A stretch of 64,000 nucleotides of DNA from a virus, in the IMG/VR virus record IMGVR_UViG_3300036791_000797, positions 1-64,000 of that record. One strand, 5' to 3'. Of the stretch, positions 55,468 through 64,000 are shown piece by piece. The notes under the pieces were generated by a model, which saw only the letters and a program-made list of their open reading frames with translations, was not told the DNA's origin and did not search any database. Both the position numbers and the translations under genes were made by a program. Positions within the stretch are counted from its first letter, which is position 1. Each line of letters begins with the position of its first letter.

Positions 55468-58400
55468 ATGCCCTTCTCGTCGTTCACTGCCATCTTCAGG
55501 ACCAGGTTAAATGGGCCAGTTGGTGCCGTCCAGGATGAAGGCAATGGCTCGGCGGCTGACACCGAACTCCTCCGCAAGGCGGGTCTTCTCTCCTCGGATC
55601 CCAGTCGATCGGGCGCGGATATCCAGGACTTGAGCGGCCGTGAGCTTCTCCCCTCGACCGATTACGAATCCTCTGCGGGTGGGTGGGTGGACCGCCCTGC
55701 CCTTGGCCAGTTTGTCTCGCATGTTGTCGAGGTTGGTGCCGAGCCAGAGGTGATCGAGGGTGACACACAGCGGCACATCGCAGGTGTGCAGTACATGCAG
55801 TTCACCGGGATTAGCGATGAAGTGGGTGTAGGCCCAGCGATGGGCTGGGATCATGCGATTGCCATCCCGGAAGTAGCCGTACCCTCTGCGTTGGGCAGCC
55901 GTCCACAGCCAGCAAGGACCGCTTCGATCGACCTTGGCCCAGAAGCGCTCCTCGATGGTGGGCACGTTGGCAATCTAGCTTCAGATTCCTACCCGGAGCT
56001 TTCTGAGGTCCTACTCCAGAGACCCCCGCCCAACTCCCACCAGGCGGCCGTGGATGGCCTGTGCGCCCTCTGTGAGGCCGAGCCTGCCACCCAGGAGATC
56101 TCTGGCACCACCGTAGGGGATCGCTGCGCTGAGCATCTCATGGGCGTCCCTGGGGCCGGTACAGCCCCTCCTGAGTTCGGTCAGGCCGTCTACGGGATGG
56201 CCCACACTGCCTCCTGGGAGTCCGAGGATCGAGAGCGCTACAAGACGATCCTCAAAGACCAGCCCGAGGAGCCCTGCGGCAACTGTGGGCAGCCCATCAA
56301 GTTCGATGACGAGACCGAGACCTACGTGGCCAAGGACGGCTCCCAATGCCCGAGCGAGGATGGCCATGATCCTCTGGGCAGCACCAGCCATGAGGCCGGG
56401 ATCCTGGACTGGCTGGACCGCAAGCTGGCCCCTACCGGCCTGGTGCCCGAGCAGGGTGGTCGCTGGAGCTTCGACTGGTGCCGGTACCGTCACAACTCCC
56501 ACTGCTTCTACCCCGCCGGGCTTGACGCCGGAGCCTCCTCCCAGGCGGGCTACGCGGTGTGGACCCCGCAGGACCGGGGTAGCTGCCCCCGCTTCACCTG
56601 GGAGTCCCAGCAGCAGTGCCCCATCGGCGCGCCCGGCCCTCATGCTGGGGGCACCCCCGACGCCTATACCCAGCAGCAACCGGTCCAGCCCCGAGGGTTG
56701 TTGCAACGACTCCTGGGTTCCAAAGATGCTAAGGATGAGGATTTCCACTGGCATTTCTGCGCTAAATGGGCAGATGTAAGAGCCAAGGCAGCCCGGATCA
56801 GACGTGAGGGTGGCGTGCGTATCATCAGCGCCCCTGATGCTCGCAATCCCTATATCACTGCCGAGGTCAAGGGTGATAACCACACCTATCAGACCACCAT
56901 CCTTCGCTCCATCGGAGGAAAGTCGGTAGCCGGATGGGAATGCACCTGTGCCTGGGCGCACTACGCCTGGGGCCGGTCTGGTAGATGGAAGAAGTTCGAG
57001 GGCCGACAGTGCAGTCACGCCCTGGCCACCATCTACCAGGCCCAGGCCGACGAGATGTTCGGCGGCCGGGTCAAGGAGATCTCCCGCCAACCGGCCACCT
57101 TCGACCAGCCCGGCGACGAGGGCCAGTTCAAGAAGGTCTGGCAGTACGACCCCGACGACGAGAAGCGCAAGGAGTACGTCGAGCGGGACTGGCGCAAGGA
57201 TCCCACCAAACGCTCCGGTAAGGCCCCCGAGTGGGTCAAGCAATACGAGGGCAGCTTAAGGGTCATCGCCCAAGAGACCGAACAGGTCAAGGTCGGTGAT
57301 GTGCAGCCGGGTGATCGGGTGCTTCTCACCGGATATGAGAAAGAAGGTCCGCATACTGTCAAGAGTGTTCGCGATGGAACACCAGCTAAGAGGATCGAGC
57401 CTTACGAGGATAAAAAAGAACGTACTCTGCGGGGGATCATAGAGCATGATGACCCAGATCATTATCCGCCGAAGGACTATGGGACTATTCCCATTCGGCA
57501 TTTCGATCTAGCGGGAACATTCGATCACATCGCTCTTCCACATCATGCACCGATCAAGCGCCTGACGGCTTCCTTGAGCTTCTCCGAGGAGCGGCCTATC
57601 GCCATGGAGGCTGAGGCCCGTCTGGAGGCCGGTGAGAGCCCCCAGGCCGTCCTGAGCTACCTGCGGGCGGCCGATGCTCCTTGGCCCGAGTACATCCTCA
57701 CTGAGGCCCTGCACAAGCCTTTCGTGGCCCGCGACCCGGCCGATGAGCTACACACCATCGTCAGCCTCGAAGGGGAGCATGCGGTCACCGACAACGGGGA
57801 TCTCATCCCGGCCGAGCATCTGACGCATCCCGACTTCGACTGGCACAGCGGGCTGTCGTTCCAGGGACAAGCTCAGACCAACTCGGCGGAAGTCCAGCAG
57901 GACCCCGTCGAACACGTCAACGCGGATGGGTCCCCGCACAACGGGGTCATGGTGGCCCTGGTACCGCCCGAGAAGGTGCGTGAGGGGCTGGCCGTCCAGG
58001 ACGGCGAAGCCCCGGAAGACATGCATGTAACCGTCGGTTACCTGGGCAAGAAGGACAGCGTCGATCCTGAGGCTTTGCACCGGGCCGTGTCCTCCTTCGC
58101 CCAGCAGGTACCACCGCTGAAGGGCAAGATCAGTGGGTTCGGTAACTTTGAGGTTGATCCTGAGCGTAACGATGGCTTTTCCCATGCCCATGTTGGGCTG
58201 GTGGACATCCCCGGTATCTCCGACTTCCAGGCCAAGCTCGATGAGCATCTTGGGCGCGAGGGCCTGAAGGTCAACAACGAACATGGTCTGCAGCCCCATC
58301 TCACTGTCGCCTACGGGCATGAGCCCGCTGAGTACGACAGCATGCCCGATACCACCGACCATTTCGACCTCCCTCACATCACCGTAGCCCACGGTGGGAC

Positions 58401-61173
58401 CTGGACCCACTATCCCCTCCAGGGCAGCCCGGAGGCCCAGAAGACCGGCATGCTGCGCTGGGCCAGAGGTCCGGTCCATGGACCCATCCTGAATCCCCAC
58501 TGGCAATCCCCCGAGGCCCCCAAGGGTCGCTCGAAGGGCCGGGCCGATGATCCCAACGCCACCAAGTTCTCCACCTACGAGCCCAAGTTCCAGGAGAAGA
58601 TCGCCAACCAGTTCCACAGCAACGTCCCCTCAGAACTCGGCATCAACACCCATCGAGACATGGTCGAGAACATCAAGGGGATGTACCGGGAGGCCAAGGC
58701 CACCAATCCCAAGGCCATCAGAGAGGGCAAGAAGTGGTATTCGGATGCCCACAACTTCGCCAAGGGATTAGCTCAGAAGCATCCTGGTGGGAAGCTGCGT
58801 ACAGCGCTGGGTATGACGGCGGCCCTCTCGCCCCAGAATCACTGGGAGGAGAACAAGACCCAGGCCGAGTATATCCACCATCATCTGAGTGCTGATCCCG
58901 ACTCCGAAGACGGTCGCTTCAACATCTCGCATGAGGATGCTCAGGCGGCCATGAAGAAGCAGTCCAAGCAAGCCAGCGTGAAGAAGGGTTATCGCCAGGT
59001 ACAGCAGTTGACGCCCGGCAAGCGCTTTGCCGACATGGAGCCCGAGGAGGCGGCCCACTCCCTCAAGGCCCAGGCCCAGTACACCCACAAGCTGAAGGTG
59101 CCGGGGCGGATCAAGAACGACGGCGATCCTTGGAAGGCCACCTTCGCCAACGGCACCGGCTCGATCGCCAAGGCCGTGCGGATTCATCGGGGTGAGGATC
59201 CCGATGATGTTTTGCAGGGTCATAAGGTCCGCTCTTTCTTCAACAATATGGCGGATCACACCAACAAGCAGAAGCGTGATGATGTCACTATTGACACGCA
59301 TGCTGTCTCGTTGGCGGCTGGGGCCAAGTTCGGAGCTAGCGCTCCTGAGCTAAAGAAGATGTTCGCCAATGGTGCCAACAAGAATCAGAACGTCACCGGC
59401 ACTTACGGCTATGTCGCGGATGCCTATCGCCAGGCTCATAAGGAGCTACAGGACTCCGGGGAGATGTCCAAGACCTCGGCTCCCCATCACCTGCAGGCCA
59501 CCACCTGGTTGCACTGGCGGGACATCAACGACGAGCCCGGCAAGCTGAAAGAGGCCAACAAGGGTCGCTTCAAGGACTACTCCGGCGAGAACGCTGCCCG
59601 CAACAAGCGCAACAAGGAACTCTACGGCGAGGACTACGAGGGCGACGAAGACGAGGACGAGGGCATGTCCGCGGCGGCCAGCCTGCATGTGGCCCAGGGG
59701 CATGACATCGGAGAGGCGGGCAAGCTCCTCGACCCCTCCAACTACGACGAGAACGCCGCCGATCCCGACTTCGACCCCGATCTGGCCGAGGATGCCCTGG
59801 ACGCCGAATGGGATGCCGAGCCCGCCGAGATGGAGCAGCGCTGGCAGGACTCCCAGGCCAAGCAGCCTCGCACCTCCATGCTGCGCTGGGGCGCGGTCCA
59901 GGGTGACGACATGGACACCGATGACGTGGATTCTGACACTTCAGATGAAATGGCGGATGCCTCGGCGGTGCAGAAGCAGTACGCCGATCAGGCCGACGAC
60001 GCTCAAGACGACTTCTACTTCAACTACCCCACCGACAGCCAGAGCCCCTTCCCCAACGACCCCAACAAGGTGCCGCCCTACATGAGCGCCACGCCCCACG
60101 GGGCTATGCTCCACTGGGCTCGCCCCCGGCCCGATCGCCTCTTTGATGTCAGTGATATCCCCACTAAGAAGGGGCCGTATCAGGAGCCTCGATCAAACCC
60201 GAACTTCGAGCATCCTTACGAAGGTCCCATAGGGAAGTATCTGTATCATCACAGTCCGCCTGAGAATCGCAGTTCCATCATGGAGCATGGTCTGCAGCCC
60301 CGTGATCCTCAGGAAAGCTCAGCTAAGGGATCTGATATTCCTTCTGAACGGACACCCGAAGGTGTCTACTTAGGACCATACGATCACATCGGTCCTCACC
60401 AGCGTGGATCTGATGTATGGGCGGTGGATACCAACAAGGTAAGGCTCCATCAAGATCCTGATGATGACGAGAACTACTGGGGATTCCACTACTCGGAGGA
60501 CCCCGTGCCGCCGGAGGCCATGAAGCTGGTGCATCGGCATCCCAGCGTGGCCATGCTGCACTGGTCAGCCGAGGCGGCCGAGGAGATGCTCAGGGATGAG
60601 CCCGAGGGCGCGCTCCCATCTACGGATGGTGGAGCCCCCTCAGAGCTTTGGGAGAGCCAGCACTCCACCACTGCCCCCGATCCCATCAGCGCCGGTCCTG
60701 CGGGCTTCGGCAGTCCCCTGGACCCCGGCAGCGAGCATGAGGACATGGGCTACCCCGAAGCCGACGAAGCGGTCCTGCGCCCCTCCGGTGGTCCGGGCGC
60801 GGGGTCGTTCATGAACGAGATGGAAAACAAGATGTATGGCCTTGACTACGCCTCCTCCCTCCATGCGGGGACCGTAGGTCAACAGAGCCGGGCATGGCTG
60901 CTACAGGCGGATCCTCATCGAAGTGCAGGTGGTGACCAGGGCATTCGGGATTCCGACATAGCAGCCATGGCTCGGCAGTTTCTGCAGACCGGGGAGGTGC
61001 CGGGTCAGTCCAAGGTGGCGGCCAAGGTGTTCAGCCCGGCCGAGCAGGTCGAGTTGATCCAGGAGGGCTCGGCCGACGGCACCCGCGCCTCGAACCTGGA
61101 CCGCCTGCAACTGGAGGGCACCCACTACCTGGCTGACGAAGATGACGAGGATCTCGATGGGTTGTTCGGCTGA
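55468..61173 (+). CDS. 1901-aa polyvalent protein: SWIM finger, 2H phosphoesterase, glycosylase-like and ADP-ribosyltransferase-like domains
   Basis: ECTC...CSH (~56935-57027); HVTV (58024) and HLTV (58297); WY...AALSPQNHWEEN...KVRSFF...TIDTHA...QATTW (~58730-59520); YHHS..N..SIMEHGL...GVYL...VPPEAM (~60235-60530). Confidence 0.85.
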   Translation: MPFSSFTAIFRTRLNGPVGAVQDEGNGSAADTELLRKAGLLSSDPSRSGADIQDLSGRELLPSTDYESSAGGWVDRPALGQFVSHVVEVGAEPEVIEGDTQRHIAGVQYMQFTGISDEVGVGPAMGWDHAIAIPEVAVPSALGSRPQPARTASIDLGPEALLDGGHVGNLASDSYPELSEVLLQRPPPNSHQAAVDGLCALCEAEPATQEISGTTVGDRCAEHLMGVPGAGTAPPEFGQAVYGMAHTASWESEDRERYKTILKDQPEEPCGNCGQPIKFDDETETYVAKDGSQCPSEDGHDPLGSTSHEAGILDWLDRKLAPTGLVPEQGGRWSFDWCRYRHNSHCFYPAGLDAGASSQAGYAVWTPQDRGSCPRFTWESQQQCPIGAPGPHAGGTPDAYTQQQPVQPRGLLQRLLGSKDAKDEDFHWHFCAKWADVRAKAARIRREGGVRIISAPDARNPYITAEVKGDNHTYQTTILRSIGGKSVAGWECTCAWAHYAWGRSGRWKKFEGRQCSHALATIYQAQADEMFGGRVKEISRQPATFDQPGDEGQFKKVWQYDPDDEKRKEYVERDWRKDPTKRSGKAPEWVKQYEGSLRVIAQETEQVKVGDVQPGDRVLLTGYEKEGPHTVKSVRDGTPAKRIEPYEDKKERTLRGIIEHDDPDHYPPKDYGTIPIRHFDLAGTFDHIALPHHAPIKRLTASLSFSEERPIAMEAEARLEAGESPQAVLSYLRAADAPWPEYILTEALHKPFVARDPADELHTIVSLEGEHAVTDNGDLIPAEHLTHPDFDWHSGLSFQGQAQTNSAEVQQDPVEHVNADGSPHNGVMVALVPPEKVREGLAVQDGEAPEDMHVTVGYLGKKDSVDPEALHRAVSSFAQQVPPLKGKISGFGNFEVDPERNDGFSHAHVGLVDIPGISDFQAKLDEHLGREGLKVNNEHGLQPHLTVAYGHEPAEYDSMPDTTDHFDLPHITVAHGGTWTHYPLQGSPEAQKTGMLRWARGPVHGPILNPHWQSPEAPKGRSKGRADDPNATKFSTYEPKFQEKIANQFHSNVPSELGINTHRDMVENIKGMYREAKATNPKAIREGKKWYSDAHNFAKGLAQKHPGGKLRTALGMTAALSPQNHWEENKTQAEYIHHHLSADPDSEDGRFNISHEDAQAAMKKQSKQASVKKGYRQVQQLTPGKRFADMEPEEAAHSLKAQAQYTHKLKVPGRIKNDGDPWKATFANGTGSIAKAVRIHRGEDPDDVLQGHKVRSFFNNMADHTNKQKRDDVTIDTHAVSLAAGAKFGASAPELKKMFANGANKNQNVTGTYGYVADAYRQAHKELQDSGEMSKTSAPHHLQATTWLHWRDINDEPGKLKEANKGRFKDYSGENAARNKRNKELYGEDYEGDEDEDEGMSAAASLHVAQGHDIGEAGKLLDPSNYDENAADPDFDPDLAEDALDAEWDAEPAEMEQRWQDSQAKQPRTSMLRWGAVQGDDMDTDDVDSDTSDEMADASAVQKQYADQADDAQDDFYFNYPTDSQSPFPNDPNKVPPYMSATPHGAMLHWARPRPDRLFDVSDIPTKKGPYQEPRSNPNFEHPYEGPIGKYLYHHSPPENRSSIMEHGLQPRDPQESSAKGSDIPSERTPEGVYLGPYDHIGPHQRGSDVWAVDTNKVRLHQDPDDDENYWGFHYSEDPVPPEAMKLVHRHPSVAMLHWSAEAAEEMLRDEPEGALPSTDGGAPSELWESQHSTTAPDPISAGPAGFGSPLDPGSEHEDMGYPEADEAVLRPSGGPGAGSFMNEMENKMYGLDYASSLHAGTVGQQSRAWLLQADPHRSAGGDQGIRDSDIAAMARQFLQTGEVPGQSKVAAKVFSPAEQVELIQEGSADGTRASNLDRLQLEGTHYLADEDDEDLDGLFG
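55507..55965 (-). mobile_element. HNH homing endonuclease gene, antisense and nested in the 1901-aa ORF
   Basis: ERFWAKVDRSGPCWLW...GYG...AHRWAY...VLHTCDVPLCV..DHLWLGTNLDNMRD + KLT...HTH tail; TAGATT -10 box 6 nt before the GTG. Confidence 0.9.
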
Positions 61174-61529
61174 TGGCTGACCTGGAGCGCTACCCCGACG
61201 GCGACGTGGAGGAGAACGGCCTCCTGGCCTATCGCCTGTTCCGCCCGGTGCTGCCGCATGTGCTGGTCGAGGAGCTAGAGGCTGAGGCGGGCACCGAAGC
61301 TCTGCATCTGACCTTCGAGGGTGACATCAGCGCGGCCTCAGAAGAGGACCCGGTCATCATCTACGTGCCCGAGACGGTCAACACCAAGCACATCACCCGT
61401 GTCCTGGCCTCCCATGATCACCGTGCTGCCCCTCATGCCATGGATGCCATCAGGATGAAGCTAGACCATGATGAGCAGCTAACCATGGAGGAAGTCTCTC
61501 AGGCGCTCAAGTTCTTGCTGGGGGCGTAG
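61173..61529 (+). CDS. hypothetical protein
   Basis: TGATG and TAGTG coupling. Confidence 0.7.
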   Translation: MADLERYPDGDVEENGLLAYRLFRPVLPHVLVEELEAEAGTEALHLTFEGDISAASEEDPVIIYVPETVNTKHITRVLASHDHRAAPHAMDAIRMKLDHDEQLTMEEVSQALKFLLGA

Positions 61530-62521
61530 TGGCTACTCCCATCTCCGCCCGCAACTTTTCGAATACGACTCTTCCTACTCAACTGAGCGCCAACATCGAC
61601 AACCAGTTGACCACCACCAATATCCCCGTCCAATCCACGGCCAACTATCCGCCGGTTCCCTTCACCGGGTGTTTCGAGCGCAATACCATCAACCAGGAGT
61701 TTTGTCTGGTCACTACCATCCCTGATGCCAATCACTTCACCGTAGTACGAGGTTATGACGGTACTCCGCCTGTGCAGCACTTGGCTCCGGCAGTCTTCGA
61801 GCATTGTGTCGGTGCCATCGACTATCGCGAGGCCAACTGGCATAACACCGACACCACCCGCGATGACCATCTGCAGTATGCCTTGACCAACGGGTCCCGT
61901 CCCATCACGGGTTTGCAGACCTTTCAGGCCGGTCTCAGCACCCCCTTCGTAGCCGTGGCCGGTAACTTCGGCTCCAATATCGCCACCCGCTACATGGGGG
62001 GAACTGGACCTGGTGTTGGTCCTCCAGGTGGAGGCACCTTCCAGGTCGGGGATTGGATCATCGATGTTCTGGGCCATCGCTGGACCTGCATCACGGCGGG
62101 CACTCCTGGTACCTGGACGGTGGAGGCTGGGAGAATGGTGGGTCATTATCAGAACACCGGTGCTTTGCCTGATGCCGCCAACAACACCGTCACCGTGACT
62201 ACCGCCTCATTCACGGCGGTCAAGGGTGTCTCTTACGTCATTGATGCCAGTTATCAAGGGACGATCATCACTGCTCTTCCCAACTATGTGAATGCGGTGT
62301 TGTATACCAGTCCCAATATCTTCGCTTACAATAGCTACATTTTTACCCTAGATAGTGCTGGCTTTATCTTGGGTAATGTCATTCAAGGATGTACGGTGTC
62401 AGGGACGAACGTCATAGCCACCACTCAGACCGTCAATGTAATGGTGAACATTCAGTCTTCCGGTGCTGGTGGATTACGGAGTGCGGTGGGCGGCTTAGAA
62501 GTGATCGTGAGGACGGCCTGA
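61529..62521 (+). CDS. fibre/minor structural protein, paralogue 1
   Basis: TVVRGYDGT anchor, DDHLQY knuckle, TFQVGDW...CITAGTPGTW, beta-rich C-terminal domain. Confidence 0.7.
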   Translation: MATPISARNFSNTTLPTQLSANIDNQLTTTNIPVQSTANYPPVPFTGCFERNTINQEFCLVTTIPDANHFTVVRGYDGTPPVQHLAPAVFEHCVGAIDYREANWHNTDTTRDDHLQYALTNGSRPITGLQTFQAGLSTPFVAVAGNFGSNIATRYMGGTGPGVGPPGGGTFQVGDWIIDVLGHRWTCITAGTPGTWTVEAGRMVGHYQNTGALPDAANNTVTVTTASFTAVKGVSYVIDASYQGTIITALPNYVNAVLYTSPNIFAYNSYIFTLDSAGFILGNVIQGCTVSGTNVIATTQTVNVMVNIQSSGAGGLRSAVGGLEVIVRTA

Positions 62522-62522
62522 T

Positions 62523-63512
62523 ATGGCACCTATCACTGTACGCAACTACTCCAACACCACCCCACCCACCAACCTCACCGCCAACATCGACAATGCGCTG
62601 ACCACCACCAACATCCCGGTGGCCTCCACCGCTGGTTATCCCGTCGTTCCCTTCACCGGCTGCTTCGAGCGCAACACCAACAACCAGGAGTTCGTGCTTT
62701 GCACCAACATCGTTGATGCCAACCACTTCTCGGTAGTACGAGCTTATGACGGCACCCCGGCGGTCCAGCATCTCGCCCCCGCCACCTTCGAGCATTGCAC
62801 CGGGGCCATTGACTTCCGCGAGGCCAACCAGCATCACACCGACACCACCAGGGACGACCATCTCCAGTACGTCCTGGCCAATGGGTCGCGGGCCATCACC
62901 GGGCTACAGACCTTCAGCAGTGGTCTCAGCGCTCAGACCGTGGCCATCAGCGGATTTCCTAGCTACTCCTATATGCCCACCCGCTACGTCGGTGGCACGG
63001 CGGGTCCTGGCCCTCCAGGAGGCGGAACCTTCCAGGTAGGCGATTGGGTCCTTGACACCGTCAACTGCCGCTGGATGTGCATCACCGCCGGTACACCCGG
63101 CGTCTGGACGCCAGAGCCTGGGCATGTCTACGCCCGTGTGTACGGCCCTCCTGCCGGTCAGGACATCATCAATCGCCAAGTTCAGGTCCTCAGCTACAGC
63201 TTCACTGCTGTGAAGGGCATGACCTACGAGGTCGATGTCCGCTTCCAGGGTCTCATCATCACCGCCATTCCGGCCTGGGTGAACTCGGTCTTGACCTGTA
63301 CCGGAGGGATGCTTCCGTCCACCGTCTACGTCATGACCATCGGTGGAGCCGCCTTCGTGACGGGCAACGTGGTGTCGGGCTCCTGCACCGTGTCGCTCAC
63401 CCCGGTGACGGTCACCGGAACCCAGACGCTGCGGCTCTATGCCACCTCGGCGGGTCGAGGAGCCATGCGGATGACCGGCTACAACGCCGAGTTGATCATG
63501 CGAAAGGGATGA
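62523..63512 (+). CDS. fibre/minor structural protein, paralogue 2
   Basis: N-terminal ~195 aa closely similar to paralogue 1; C-terminal domain diverged. Confidence 0.7.
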   Translation: MAPITVRNYSNTTPPTNLTANIDNALTTTNIPVASTAGYPVVPFTGCFERNTNNQEFVLCTNIVDANHFSVVRAYDGTPAVQHLAPATFEHCTGAIDFREANQHHTDTTRDDHLQYVLANGSRAITGLQTFSSGLSAQTVAISGFPSYSYMPTRYVGGTAGPGPPGGGTFQVGDWVLDTVNCRWMCITAGTPGVWTPEPGHVYARVYGPPAGQDIINRQVQVLSYSFTAVKGMTYEVDVRFQGLIITAIPAWVNSVLTCTGGMLPSTVYVMTIGGAAFVTGNVVSGSCTVSLTPVTVTGTQTLRLYATSAGRGAMRMTGYNAELIMRKG

Positions 63513-63513
63513 G

Positions 63514-64000
63514 ATGGCCACTCCCATCCTGGCTCGCAACTACTCGAACACCACTCTTCCCACTCAACTGACCGCCAATATCGATAACCAGTTATCCACC
63601 ACAAACATCCCGGTGGCATCTACGGCGAGCTATCCACTGGCTCCTTTCACTGGTTGCTTCGAGCGTAATACTCCTAATCAGGAGTTCGTTCTGGTCACCG
63701 CCATCCCTGATCTCAATCACTTCACGGTGGTGCGAGGCTATGACGGCACTCCACCGTCCCAGCACTTTGCTCCGGCCACCTTTGAGCATGCGGTGGGCTC
63801 CATCGACTATCGCGACGCCAACTGGCATCACACCGACACCAGCCGCGACGATCACCTGCAGTACGCCCTGACCAATGGCACCCGAGCCTTCACCGGGCCG
63901 CTGACCGCACCGGCCTACGCCGCCAGCTTGACCGGAGCCAGCGGGCGATTCATCGGCATGACCAATGGGCCTCCTGCGGCCGGGGCTTATCTGATCAACG
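63514..64000 (+). CDS. fibre/minor structural protein, paralogue 3 (runs off the window)
   Basis: MATPILARNYSNTTLPTQLTANIDNQL...DDHLQYALTNG, open to the window edge. Confidence 0.7.
   Translation, partial: MATPILARNYSNTTLPTQLTANIDNQLSTTNIPVASTASYPLAPFTGCFERNTPNQEFVLVTAIPDLNHFTVVRGYDGTPPSQHFAPATFEHAVGSIDYRDANWHHTDTSRDDHLQYALTNGTRAFTGPLTAPAYAASLTGASGRFIGMTNGPPAAGAYLIN

Noticed and set aside
1-64000. Genome-wide stop-codon reassignment (TAG recoded)
   Set aside because: Long conserved genes (dnaE, terL, nrdJ, portal) are intact under code 11, and TAG ends complete proteins such as DnaE and DnaB
61529-64000. Diversity-generating retroelement acting on the fibre genes
   Set aside because: No reverse transcriptase in the window; differences are not adenine-specific and the shared part is N-terminal

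Overview
The window is part of a large, GC-rich dsDNA phage genome. Gene content and order resemble the Bxz1/cluster-C-like big actinophages, so an Actinomycetota host is inferred (Rpf gene, leaderless genes, codon usage). No integrase, tRNA, rRNA or CRISPR array was seen. Four blocks: (1) 0.1-34.6 kb, + strand: nucleotide metabolism (ThyX, dCTP deaminase, class II RNR, MazG-like), replication/recombination (5'-3' exonuclease, DnaC-like loader, DnaB, primase, SSB, DnaE, RecA, Hjc-like and RuvC resolvases, Cas4-like nuclease), a sigma-region-4-like protein, large terminase, a secreted LysM-Rpf and an odd methyltransferase. (2) 34.6-42.9 kb, - strand: small probable early genes (ArdC, Topo VI-A/Spo11-like, a circularly permuted HNH) behind six near-identical leaderless sigma70-type promoters. 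(3) 43-61.5 kb, + strand: nucleotidyltransferase, portal and three very large mosaic proteins, each unit preceded by a phage-specific CCTGYC-N20-GAAGGRGTGA motif. (4) 61.5-64 kb: three tandem fibre-like paralogues. Best candidate for a new system: the large head-region proteins look like polyproteins. Their effector-like modules (SWIM, 2H phosphoesterase, glycosylase-like, ADP-ribosyltransferase-like) are bracketed by a recurrent M-[LF]-[RH]-W-[AGS] / [RKH]-x-A motif that may be a maturation-protease site. All family assignments are by eye from motifs; no searches were run.
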